Shown here piece after piece: positions 40,250 to 52,953 of a DNA stretch of 64,000 bases (within the stretch, counting starts at the first letter, position 1; every line of letters begins with the position of its first letter). The position numbers were made by a program, and so were the translations under genes. The notes beneath the pieces are model-generated. The model did no database searches. It worked only from the letters and a program-made list of their open reading frames with translations, and had not been told where the DNA came from. Source of the DNA: Podarcis muralis (Eukaryota); contig NC_135660.1 of the NCBI RefSeq assembly GCF_964188315.1, forward strand, positions 56,234,001 to 56,298,000. Reading direction: 5' to 3'.

Positions 40250-40296
<47 letters not shown>
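40021..40296. mobile_element. Penelope-like inverted (fold-back) insertion inside an (AT)n tract
   Basis: (AT)26 - 28-nt unpaired segment - 70-bp arm (40101-40170) - 14-nt spacer - perfect inverted 70-bp arm (40185-40254) - (AT)22; centre resembles a partial minimal hammerhead. Family assignment is inference. Confidence 0.6.
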
Positions 40297-40301
<5 letters not shown>

Positions 40302-40411
40302 CAGTTTATTTCTAAGGCTATTGGTATGCTGATTCCCCCTCCCAGTAATTAAACATGAATACAACAATTCTAAAAGAAACCATATAAAGTAATATACTTT
40401 AAAGTAATTAC

Positions 40412-42128
40412 TTGGTTCAGGCGATGCCATGGTGGAGACAATGACTGGTGGCCCTGTGCGCCTTGTGGTTTTCTGATATGGAGAGTGTTGCATTGGAAAA
40501 CTTGGTCCTGCTGGCACCAGGTTGGGCTCCATTTGGGTTCCTTGTTTTCGAATGAGTTGGGGGCTGTTGTGAGGACTGTGCATTGGGGACAATGGAGGAT
40601 TCCTTTCCCGCTTCATCAGCTCCATGGGTACTGTGTATGTGGTCGAATATGCTGTTTTGGGACTTGGGTGTGGATTTGTTTGTAGTGCATTCATAGCTAT
40701 TCCAGCTGGAGCAGTATAGCCAGTTGCTTGTCGGGTGTGCATATTGCACGGGCCAGAAGCACTGTATCCAGAGTTGAGAAGAAAAGGAGCACCTTGATGG
40801 GGCAAGCCAGATGCAGGGTAAGTTGCAGTTTCTAGAAGGTGTTGTGTCGGAGCACTAGATGGACGGCGAGTTATTTCTGCTACTCTTGGCGACACGGGCT
40901 GCATAGAAGCAGCTGCAGGTGGGTGCATCACTGCACCATCTGCCATTGGGCTGGTGGCTGGGTGCATCGCATACTCATTCTGGAGCAATTCGCTTCGGTG
41001 ACTAAAGCTGTTAGACCTGTGTCTGGGACGGATGATGGTGCTTTTCCTTTCCTGCCTCTGCATCTGCATCTCTGCTTTGTAAATATGGGCAATTCTAGAA
41101 AGCACTCTCGCCTGCCCTAGATTCGGAGCAACTGATTTTATGTCATTCTCCTCCATCATCGCCAGCATGCTTGGAGAATCAAATCCCTGCTGCAGCAAGG
41201 CATTGAGCGTGCTTTCGGATACTCCTTCAGAACGCAGAAGTGCCAAGAACTCTGGATCCACATTCCTTTTAATGTCTTGTCCTGGGAAAGGTGGAGGCAC
41301 CTGAGTTTGTGAAGGAGTTGTGGCTGTTTCGCAGCTGTCATAAGGAGCTTTTGCACCAACCGTCTCCCGGACTGGTCCATAACCACGGTTTATGCTTCCA
41401 TCAGGAGCTGCCGTTGAGTTTGGATCAACTACCAAACATGTTGGGGTAACTTGCCTACTGGCTGCAGCATCTATAGATCTGTCCACTGTGTCATTATAAG
41501 CTGGCCGGTTCAGAAATGCTGGAGGTTCTGCCCCATACCTGGGCATTGGAGGTTCAACACCATACCTTGCATGAGAAGGATCTCTGTTTCGAATCCTCTG
41601 TGCCTCAGGGACCATCTTAGTCATTGGATCTCTATACATGCGGCTGGCTTCATGCGGGGCAGGTGACCGGACTTGCATCTGATCCCAAGCCAATCTGCCA
41701 TAATTCGGTAATGGTCTGTTAATCATGTGGTCTCTATAGTAGCGTGGATCTTTAGGTGATCTGGCAGCTAGCGAAGGGTCACTGTAGTAATCCTGAGGTG
41801 GCAAGGAACTTCGTGCAGACATCGTAGGCTGTCTGTCGTAGTAAGCAAACTCAGGGACGGAACCTTTCCGCAAAGGACCTTGGTGAAAAACTGGTTCCTG
41901 GTATGGATATGGCTCCTGCTTCAGTTCCGCACCTCCCTGCAAGATGATATCGTGTGGTCTTTGGGTTGGCTGCTCATACCAAACTCCCTCACCACCGTAG
42001 GTTAAAGAATTCCTTCTCCCCGGAGGTCTCTGGTAGTCGAACGAACTTTCATTCTCCCAATTGCCTTCATACCATCCTGCAGCATCCCAGCTCTGAGAGC
42101 GGCCAATGTGTTTGCTTGGAATTGGCAT
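40412..42128 (-). CDS. CTBP2: RIBEYE A-domain exon (alternative first coding exon of CTBP2; synaptic-ribbon scaffold), 572 codons + 1 nt
   Basis: Translation MPIPSKHIGRSQSWDAAGWYEG...YSTTYTVPMELMKRER...SPYQKTTRRTGPPVIVSTMASPEP matches the recalled mammalian RIBEYE A domain (GRSQSWDAAGWYEG, DIKSVAPNLGQARVLSR, RRPSSAP.QHLLETA). Donor CCA A|GTAATT at 40411; 1717 nt gives phase 1. Confidence 0.97.
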
Positions 42129-42800
42129 TGGTACACAGCAATGTTCAGCTTAAATAATGGCAAGCAAGCTCTCTTGTTAAAGCTTCAGTTACACGCATAA
42201 AAAAAGCAAAAACAAACAAACAAAATGCACTGTATTTGAATCCTTCTGCGGCTTCAAGAAACAGCCCAACAGGTGGTTTACGATTTCAAAGTGTTGCCTG
42301 AATTATTAATTCTTCGAAACATAAGTAGACAAAACACAGAAAGACCCAACAGTAACCCAGCCTGGCTCCAAAAACTGCAGAATGGAAAGGTCTTTCCTGT
42401 ACAATTCAGAAACAGAAAAGGGATGCTGCACTTAATCCAGATGGTTTATCCCTTCCTGCTTGGGATGGCTTGCTCACATGGACAACTAGTCAAACAGTGT
42501 GTGGGGATTAAGGGCTAAATAAAGCCGCTAAAGCTTTTGTTCCATGTGACACCATTTGAGCCTGAGGAAACCTACTGCACTGGCTGACCCAGACACCTCC
42601 GTATATATTATTCCTCTGATGATAGCTACTACATGCTATTTATATTTATTTGTTTTCTATGCATAACACAGGATTCCTTTAAGATTTTACCTTCCCTCTC
42701 CCATGGCAGGAAAATAAAGGGGGTGGGGAGAATTGCAAGGGAGCTTCAATGTCAATTCAATCTTAATCCATTCTGATGAAATGCTAATCCACTATACAGA
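42129..42800 (-). promoter_or_regulatory. RIBEYE 5'UTR and proximal promoter with clustered K50-homeodomain (CRX/OTX) sites
   Basis: TAATCC/GGATTA at 42433, 42505, 42764 and 42785 (another at 43676), directly upstream of the RIBEYE ATG; no recognisable repeat here. Confidence 0.6.
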
Positions 42801-45074
42801 GCTAAAGACAAATTAAATAGGAGCAGGCATGCTGGCCCCAAACAAGGCTGAAGCAAGATATACAAATATATAAGATCATGAGTCGAAACAATCTAAGTAT
42901 TGGGGCAACACGTGATGAACACTGCACATTTTTTGAAAAATTACTGGGGGATCAGGGGAAGGGACAGGGAAGATGAGAGGCCAGTTTGAAATTAGCTCCA
43001 CTAATTATTCTCCAAAACGATTCTTCATATTATTACCATAATTCTCAAATCCTTTCATCATCCCAGGAAAGAAAATTGCTAAGGTGTAATCTGGAATTTA
43101 TAATTTTAAGACCTGAGAAGAGGTCACAGAAAAGGGAGGATGAAAGGCTCTCAAGTCTTAGTATTACAAAGCTGAAAGAGAATGGACATTACATATTGTT
43201 CACCGGTACACTATTTAAACGCACACAACACACATACTTTATGCACAGCAGACACAATTATTATATTTTTATCACTTCAATGTTAATGTGGACACTAAGA
43301 GGTGGAAGGAATAAGACAGATGTACCGTATTTGGTCTTTGCAAACCTACTGAACATTTTTACATTTCGTTAATATTTAAGAAAATTACAACAAACACTTT
43401 ATAAACACCAAAATAGTCAACTGAATGCAAGTAGCCCTGGCTATCTTGAATCCTGGTTGCTAGAACATTTCAAAAAAAGATTCACCAACACATTTGCTAT
43501 GCTATGTTGTGCACATTAAAACTACAGAACATACTGAATGATAATATTGTTTCCTTTCTCCATAAAAAATACAGATATGCATGCAAGTGTTAGGCTGAGA
43601 TCTTGAAGAAGAAAAAATAGCACAACAGTCACCTTCTTTTGGTGGTTGTTAGGTCATCTTGTGCATTTCTAGGGCTAATCCACAATAAAATGTTTGAAGC
43701 TCAAGCCGTCACATGATGGCGCATTGTGCTATTATGATAGCTAAGTCACTAATGCAGTCTAATGCATCTATCATACAAATACCTCTGGGCTATATTTCTG
43801 ACCCAAATACAGACAGGATGTCATAGTAATCTCCCCCACCCCCCTGCAGTAAATAGTACAAATCCTCTTCATCACACACTTAAGAATTTCACATACAAAT
43901 GCAACACATTTAAAAACTGCCCTCTACTAGATTATTCTTGCATTAGTATTATTAGAATATTTATGACATGCAACTGCTTGAAAGTCAAATATATTGGAAG
44001 AGGTTTTCTTGCCTTAATAAGAATTAGAGAATACATGACAGGCAGCTGTCAGAAAGTCTAGTTGTTTGAATGAGGTTTATGAGTTTTAGCCTAGGAATGT
44101 GGGCACAGTAACTAGCCTGTCACCTATCTAGTCAGTGAAGGAAAATACCTAAGAAAATGAAACATTTTCCCCCAAGTCATTTTTAGAAGTAATTTTCTGT
44201 TTTTACTTTTAATGGAATGAAGACTGATTTCCTTAAATTTGTTTTACTTCTGTAGCATCCTTTGTCTTTCCCTATCAAACTCTGTTAATGCTACTAGATT
44301 TTGCGTCGTTAATGTTGATATGAGGTTGCTTTTTAATACCTTTTGAGTCTTTTGTAAGAGTAGCAGAATCAATGTTCTACTGGCTAAAGCTGCAATCATA
44401 AACCTAGTTATTTGGGAGCAAGCCTCATTACATTCAACCCAATACTATTCAAAATACAAATTGTGCAACCTATATATGAATTAAGCAGTGTAGCTACCCA
44501 ATAATAAATGTGTTCGGCCTCCAAAAAGGAGGATATAGTCTTCAACAGATTTCATGTCTCTCAGATATCCATGAAAAATTATTCTGAGCTATCTTTGAAA
44601 ATCATTTTCTCCAGAATCTAAAACGGTCTACCCCAAAATTACTAGATATTCAGTTAAAAACTCATTTTGAGTGTTAAAAGAATTTGGAAACAATCCTGCG
44701 ATAAAAGCATGGATTTATCTAACACACAGTACAGATCAGGCATGAGAAGTTTGGTTTATTAATAATTGTCAGAATATTGATCCTTGACCTGTCTGTATAA
44801 ATCAGAATAATTTTTCATTATATGCTTTTACTGAAAAGCTTAATAGCTTTAGTCTAAAGGTTTCTCTTGGGTAGTGCTACTCAGTTACTAGAATGACATT
44901 TGCACATGTCTGTGGTGAAACGCACTGGGATGCTGTTTTCAAATTTTAAAAAACCAAAATAATAAGTTTCTTATATAGCAATCCTAACCAGCCACTGAAG
45001 GCCAGCTGGGGTGTGTGTGTGTTTAAGCATGGGGAAGAAGTGTTTCTTTAGGGGGGCAGTTTCTTTAGGGGGGC

Positions 45075-45221
45075 AGAATCACAGAATTATAGTGCTGGAA
45101 GGAACCCCAAGGGTCATAATGTCCAACTCTCTGCAACGCAGGAATCTCTTTGCCTAACGTGGGACTCAAACCCACAATCCTGAGATTAGGAGTTTCATGT
45201 TCTAGTGGCTGAGCTATCCCA
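45075..45221 (-). mobile_element. tRNA(Lys)-like SINE with CR1-type tail
   Basis: Minus strand GGGATAGCTCAG...CTCCTAATCTCAGGATTGTGGGTTTGAGTCCCACGTT followed by GTTGGAC...CCTTCCAGCACTATAATTCTGTGATTCT; a similar tail fragment sits at 3144-3194. Confidence 0.7.
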
Positions 45222-45574
45222 GGGATTTTTAAAAGACCATACAGTGCCCAAGGGTTACATTATTTATCTGTACAATGTTGTTGTATGTTCAAAGAACTGA
45301 AAAAGAAAATATGCCTAGAACAGAAAATTTAGGTTTCAATACGGTCTAATGAATAAAAGGTAGTTTTCTCCTTCATTCACTGTGGGGGAGAAAACCTATA
45401 ATACCTCTATATGTCACCATATTGGGACGCAGATGCCATCAATTTCCTTCCAGTTTTATAGGTGGGCTCTTGCACACCACTGCAAAAAAAGCTGTCCTCT
45501 CTTCCCTTGCTGCCAAAGTAAGATGACCCTGGCACTTCCATCCAGAAATCTGACACCGCAGCCTCTAAAAGCAT

Positions 45575-46000
45575 TTGTTTGTTTGTTTGTTTGTTAGATT
45601 TCTTTCCCGCCCTTTCCCCCCAAACACAATTTAAAACATTAAATTTAAAACACAATTTAAAAATTAGCAACTGTGAGGGTATGTGATGACTTTTAAATAT
45701 AGTTCACAGTTGCTCGTTTTAAGATTGCAAATGCCGGTATCTTTCAGCCGTCAAATGCCTGGGTAAAGAGAAATGTTATTAACATATTCCTCCTGAAAGT
45801 CAGTATTGAGGGAGACAGACCACACACTTCCCAGGCAGGGCCTCCCACAAATGGAGAACTGTCACCAAGAAAGACCTGTCATGGGTCAACAACAACTGGG
45901 CAGCAGTCAGAGGCGGTGGAACCAACAGGACCATTAGCCCAGTTTTCCAAGAGTTTGTGCTGGTATGGGGAGCAGCGCCAGCATGAGGGTTCTTCTTGGG
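45575..46000 (-). mobile_element. Degenerate L2-type LINE 3' end
   Basis: (TTTG)n tail then TTTCTTTCCCGCCC...AAATGCCTGGGTAAAGAG, as in squamate L2 3' ends; boundaries approximate. Confidence 0.6.
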
Positions 46001-47035
46001 AATATCTCCTTATCTTGGGGGTACTGGAAAACATGTCCCCAGGGTAACAAGAGCACATGCTTCTAAAAGAACAAACCTTAAAGGTAAATTAGTCCATATA
46101 TGATTTTAAATCCAAAGAATCTTCTTCCTTTCACATTTTTGTAGTCTCCACTTCACATCTGTCATAGAGCATGCCTCTGTGTACAGACAACAGTGGGTTT
46201 GTTTTTTGAAAAACCTGACAGCACAACTGTAAATATCCCTTTCCCTGTGACAAAATAACTTTTGTTGTGCCCTACCACAGTCCTGGTTTAATAGGTTTTG
46301 TCCTTTTCCATGGCACTTTTAATCTTAGCCAAAACTTGTTTCCAAGAAGTATAACGAACACTGCTGCAATACACAGGTATACACAGCAGTTATGGTTTTC
46401 GCAAGCTGCTATTGGGTAGTGTCTGTAGTGGGTTACAAACACACACAAATTCCTGGAGAACTTTTGGAACAGTTGTTAAACCTTAAAAAAAAAATGAATT
46501 CAAGAATGAGTGCTTATTCCACTCTTTTCCATATGTATTGTCCTAGAAGCTTAAAGGCAGCCAGGGGGAGGGCGATGCAAGTCCACAGCCATTTCAAGAA
46601 CATTTTCTTTTTTAACAAAACCAACTAAATTTCTTTTAACAGTGTGAACTCCCTTGTGTCAAAAAGAAAACAAGATACTTCCTCTTGTACCAGGGCTACC
46701 TCCTCCCTCATTATATCTGTATGTTATTGAACTACTGAAGGAAGATCAGGGCCAATGCTGTAGCAGGAAAGGTGCTTCTGCTCCACAAAGCTAGTCAAAT
46801 GCACACAGCTTCAGAATACAAACTTTCTTTTTTGTTTAACAGATGAGCTAGAGGCTTCTAGCGATTGCAGAGATTTATTCTTGAATACAAAATGGCTTGG
46901 GAGCTACAACATGACTACAAAGAAAAAACCCAACTCTGCCCTGTGTTTCACATTTAATTAATTCTGAATCCTACGAGAGATATCTGATTTCCACTTTGGG
47001 GGTTAGACACCCACAGAATCAGAGCATCTTGGAGA

Positions 47036-47210
47036 GGGGCTGTGGCTCAATGGTATGAGTGCATGCAGAAGGATCCAACCTCAACCCACAGCTTCTCTAG
47101 ACAGGGCTCAGAAAAGACTCCAGTCTGAAAGCCTTAAGATCTGCTGCCAGTCAGCTTTGACAGTGCTGAAGTAGACCGAACAATGCCTGACTTGGCATAA
47201 TGCAGCATGT
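47036..47210 (+). mobile_element. Degenerate tRNA-derived SINE
   Basis: GGGGCTGTGGCTCAATGGTA A-box-like head; body with CTGCTGCCAGTCAG resembles a common squamate SINE. Confidence 0.6.
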
Positions 47211-48830
47211 TAACAAGTACTTTTTCTAGAGAACATTGCAGCTTCCTATGTAGATATTTAAATGTTTCCCAGGATCTGTCTATACTTTTCAGCATGTAAC
47301 ATGAAAACCAAGTCTATTTTTTTTAAAAAAAAGCAAGACACAATAAACATTTTGGAATTGTGTGTTGAGAAAAACAAACGCAAGCAAAATTATGTTCTCT
47401 CTTTATTGCTGCCTTTGTTACAAAAGAGGTAAAGCTGGGAGAGTTGTCAGGGCTTCATTCACCTGTTTTACGCTTCACTAAATGTAATGTACAAGATGTT
47501 TATCTACACAGCTTGTGTCATGTCTATCTCTTACTCTAAATTTCCTCATATAGATTTCCCTGCACTCAAACTTCAGATGCTGTAAGAAAAGGGAGCAACA
47601 GGTGCACAGTTTGGAGAATTACATAGAAATAACTGCACATCTGCCTCCTTGAAGCCTATGTAGCATCTCTTTTGCGGGTTAAGGGAATTTCACTTAAACC
47701 TGTGGGGAGCATTCCTTCTAACTACATATATACTGCTACTAACTAGTCTGGCCATCTGTAAGAGTGGGCTAAAATCCTGCCAGGCAAGGGTGGCTAACTT
47801 ATCCACCCACCCACCCTGAAGCTGTTGGACAACAATTTCCATCATCATTGACAGTGATGATTAGGGTCGGTGGAAGTTGGAACCCATAAATGTCTGGTGG
47901 GCCAAAGGTTAGCCACTTACAAAGATTAATCCATCCTGGATTTTAAATGAATTCAAAGAGGTATAAACACTACCAGTGCAAACTACCATTTATTTGCTAA
48001 CAGGGATTGCAGGCAGTCCGCTGCCTTCTACAGTTCTGCTTCCCAGCCAAGCCAGGCTCTTTTCTCTTCAGAAGCCAAGAGAGAGAGAACAAGGATTACA
48101 GGGGATCAGAGGACGGCTTGGAGTCTTATGCTATTGGTGCAGGCACAAACAGGGAGTGCACAACTCAGGAAGTGAACTCTCCCCCCCCCCTCTTTCCCAT
48201 GATACAGTGCCGTTGACTACTACACCTGTATGAATTGCTATTCTGGGCCACGTGGAAGAAGAAGTGGTCTAAGACTTCTAAAAAGTTCTCACGGAGCACA
48301 TGCAGTGTGCATGGTCTGTAGTTGTATTAACATACGTAATTCATAGGACTGCCGGCATGCTGCAACATTTCGCATCCTGACATTTTGAACGCTACACTTC
48401 TCAAAACAGAGTGATTAAAACTGGGCTAGGGAATAATAAAGATACAGAAGTCATACCAGCATGACTCAAAACCTGTACCTGCAGCTTAATACAAATTGTT
48501 ATTCTTATCACTCCTATATGATGCTGACCAATTGGACTCATTCACAGCAATTTAGCATATCATCATAGTCTTTTCCTTCTATACACAAATACTTTGGGGC
48601 AAACTCATTTAAATCTCTAATGTTTGTTTCTGGAATTTGAAATGCCAGCCATTAAAGGAATCCACCTGATTTCCTATGTGTTTATCATTCTGCAGTCTCA
48701 ATATAATTACTAATGGTAGGTATGCATGGCTATGCTATGATCCCCATCTTGAGAACTGTCCCAGCACTCTCCCATACTTACCCTCCCATCCATAACAACA
48801 ACTTATCACAAAGCAAGAACTAAGAATAGG

Positions 48831-49079
48831 GTAAGGTAAAGGTAAAGGTAAAGGTAAAGGGACCCCTGACCATTAGGTCCAGTCATGGACGACTCTGGGG
48901 TTGTGGTGCTCATCTCGCTTTATTGGCCAGCATAACCAAGCCACTTCTGGCGAGCCAGAGCAGCGCACGGAAACACCGTTTACCTTTCCGCTGGAGCGGT
49001 ACCTACTTATCTACTTGCACTTTGTGCTTTCGAACTGCTAGGTTAGCAGGAGCAGGGACCGAGCAACGGGAGCTCACCC
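48831..49079 (-). mobile_element. Sauria SINE, 5'-truncated, with internal deletion and expanded (TAAAGG)n tail
   Basis: Homologous to 24904-25267. Confidence 0.9.
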
Positions 49080-52000
49080 AGTTGTAATGGTCACTAAACA
49101 ACAATGCCAAACTTATGTTTGCCCAGGTATTCTTGTCTTACTTTTTTTAAGCATTAATGCATTGAACCTGAACCCTTGGATGTTCTCAGTTTCTGTGTGT
49201 AACAGGCTAATCTTTTTGGGCTAATTCTTATAGCAATGCAAGCAATAACCTTTAGCAAATGGTCAACCCCCCCCCCCCCCTTTGGAATAAGATGTGATAA
49301 GCATATACATAAAAAATGGTACATTTTATGCTGCACTGCATATTACCTTTGGACTAACAAGTATTTCTTTTAATCCATTCTACTGGTTATAACAACCTCA
49401 AAGAAGATTTAAAGCAGGGAAAAGTCTCATCAGCCACCATTATTCCTTATAATGGTTTAAGATATCTAAGTATATTGCACCAGGTAAAAAGCCGGATCTT
49501 TTCAACATTATACAATAATCATTATCCACAATCAACCAAAACAGTCACAGAAAAATTTAAAATGAATTGAAAACCCATGATCCTTATCCATGAAAAATTA
49601 TTTTTCAGTATTATTTTTAAAGTACTTCTTAATTGCATTTAGTCATAATCTGTTTTTCCCATGTTTTAATAGCAGTTGCAAAAGCATGTTGTGCGGTGTG
49701 TGACAGCAGCAAATCCCTTCAGTGTAATTAAAATTGCAAACGTACTTGGCAAACGACAAATGGATTTCTGGGTTTATGTAAACTGCACCTTTACAGATTA
49801 GAGAGAGAGAAATATTGGCCAGAAAAAAACAGATGGAAAAGGAAGACTTGTAAAATCCATTGTTCAGAGGAAAATAATCTAAACTTCAATTGTATCTAAT
49901 GCTTTGTGGGTTGGTTTGTCCTCTGATCCTCCTAAGTTTCTTGTACACTTAGCAACCACATCTGATAGCAAACATCAAACTGGAAGGGTGGCTTTTGAAA
50001 AATCTAAAGCCGCCTGATAGAACCCTTTTAAGTCAGGTTCAAAGTCTGCTTTAGAGATGAGATAGAGTACTACACCTGCGTGTTTATGGCATTCTGATGG
50101 GTAGGAGCACAGCTCTCTCCCTTCTGCAATACAATTCTGGCAGTTGTCAGCATTTTTTTCAGGATTACAAAGGAAGCATACTTTTGCTCTGCTCTGGAGA
50201 AGATAAACCCAATTTTGATTGGGTTAATTAAGCTGACAGGTGGAATGGCTTTAACATTTTTCTGTTATTACATGATGAAACGAAGACACCCCCCCCCTTT
50301 TTTTTTTTTGCTGCCACAACTATGAGCTCTCCGCTTTGAGTTTAAAATTCACTTCTGTATGATAGAGAACATGGCTTTCCAAGAGATATCAGTATCAATA
50401 ATGTGTTTCACAGGAAGCTTGTATGTGGACAACTGTCACTAGCATCAGCCTACTCTCGACTGATGGCTAAATAATTCAAGGCAAACTTAAGAAGTAATGA
50501 GTGAAGGTATGTGAGTGTGGAGTGGAATAAGAGCACAAAACATTAAACAAAAACAACTGTAGCAAAAGAAAGGCTGAAGAATCCTATGGTACCTTAAATG
50601 CTAGCAAATACCTCACATCTCAGGGTCAGGCCTACCACTGACAGTGTGAGAAGCCAAATGCTGGGCAGTGCAAAACAGCCTACCCTGCACCACCTAAGCT
50701 CACCTGTTGCCTTCAGGTATGTCAGAGGATGCTTTCACAATGCCACTGTTGAAGTAAAATTCAACTGCTTGTTTGTTCAACTTTTTATTGTGGAAGGTCA
50801 TCTTGTCTTTTGCCTCGGACAGCAAAATATATTGAATGGCTCCAGTGTTTTTCTTTTTTTAAAAAAGAACTTGGCTTTCTTTATCTGTCCAATAAAACAG
50901 ACTGTTGCCTACAAAAGCTTGTCCCACAGCACTCTTTGTAAATTATAATTATATTTGCATATTTCTAAGAGAACAAGGTTTTGTTTTTTAAAAATAAAAC
51001 TTCTGCCTCAGTCTCTAAACGTTCAAATTTTACAATCCATGCCTAGGTTCATTTTCTCTAGAATTCCTTATGGCTGAGGCAATCTTTCTACACAGACTGC
51101 ACCCTTAGATGTAGGTAATCACTTAGAAGACATGATTTAAGCTCTGGCTCATTGAATGTCCCTCTGTTCTTTTTCTCCCCCTGCCCACTGCCTGTAAAAC
51201 ATTTATAAGATGACCAGCAACTCTCATCATGGAGAAGTATCAGTGAACCCATTAGAAAGTCTGACACTGTCGATCCTGGCACTACTTTTATTTGCCTCAT
51301 AAGTAAATAAAAGATACACTGTCTAGACCAGCAGCAGAGATAGATTAACTACTAACAGTGTTTTGTTTCACACCAAACAATTATCCTGCACAAACCCATT
51401 AAGACAACGAAGAACGGAACAGGAGCAGTGCTTTGTGGACTGCAGTTGTCCAACCACAATGAAACAAATCCCCAAAATCTAAGCTGTAACAGATCCCTAC
51501 TTCAAAAAACATGTAGACATACACTTTGGGGGACGGGACCTGAAAGAGAATTAAATTTATCTATGTTTATATAATTCATTTCAGACTTTTTTTTCAGACT
51601 AATTTTGCCAACAACAATACCTCACAAAAAGCCTGTCTAGTTGCAATCACTTTTGCATTTTGATTGATCTCAAACTCATGTGCACACAAGTTCTCATTAT
51701 GCTTGGTCATCACCATATACTGTCAAAGCTGTTGAGCAAGGAAAGTGTCACTACAAAATCCTAGTCTAATTTCCTGGAGTGCCTGTTTTCTTTATTTAAC
51801 ATTACTTGAAAAATGCTGAGCAATACGGCAATCCATGGTAGACTATCCTTGGATGTTAATGCGCTCTCTAATGGTTTTGCATGCAACCTGAGGCACAAAA
51901 GCTTCTATCTATTGAAAAAGGTATGCTGAATTTTCCAACTGGAACTTGGAAGTATAACTGCAGGGCACTTGGCTGAAGTTCTCTATCAAAAAATATGGCT

Positions 52001-52953
52001 CTTTTATAGAAAGAAAAATCATCTCTGAAAAACACTACAGTATCAACACAATAAATGTGGTCATAAGTTTACATGCACCCTTATAGCCCAGGTGAATTCA
52101 CTGCCAGCAGAAAATCAACTCTGATTATTCAAACCACCAAAAATCCTTAGAGCTGAAATCTGAACACTTTGCCATGTTTCCTTTTTAAGAAAAAGGATGT
52201 GTATTCTTCCTATTCTAATAAGAGTCATGTGAAACTGTGCAGTCTGCTGAGAAGCCAGAAGTTTAGGCTAGACAGCCCCACACCTGGAGAACTGCAGTTT
52301 TGAAATAGCTGTTTCCAAGAAGAAACCTATTTATTTGGAAGCTGCTGTGGATTGAGAGGTGGTAGGTAGCGGAAACAGGACCACTGCCAGCTAGAAGCTG
52401 AATACTAACTCCAGCCCTTCTTTACTGTGCCTGCACCTGGGAAACTACAGCCTGTTGGGGAGCCAAAGGTTGAGCCAGCTAGCCCTGTCAACTGTAATAA
52501 CTTTGCCACAGCTGTAATCAGTGCTTCCCCCCTAGAAAAATAGGTGAGGATACTCACCGTGAGGTTGTTACAATAAGTGCCACACTTTATAACCACCTTC
52601 CCCCCACAAAAAGAGGTGTGTACCCTGAGTAACCCCTGGGGGGGGGGAGTACTGCCTGTAGCTGTTTCCAGTGAAAAGTCTATTGTGTGTCCCATTGTTT
52701 GTGGATGGCAGCTGTGTTAGTGGGGAGAGCACACATGAACCCCATGAAGGTATACAAGTGTTAATTCATGGTGTGCCTGGGTTGCTGCTATTTTATATTT
52801 TTAATGATTTACTGCATGGTGCTTTTTTGTAGTTGTATTTACTATAATTTGATTGTATTATCTTATGTAAGACACTGTTCACAGCTTTGAAAGGCCAAAA
52901 AAGCAGTATGGAGATAAACCAATGATGATGGTGAGCAAATAGCTAACTAATTA

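Noticed and set aside
39975-40411. C-terminal 145 aa of the 717-aa ORF (YFKVYYF...IYIYIY...)
   Set aside because: Read-through past the RIBEYE donor at 40411 into intron, (AT)n and the palindrome; not real protein.
45075-45221. tRNA-like sequences here and at 47036
   Set aside because: Degenerate and fused to retroposon tails, so SINE heads rather than tRNA genes.
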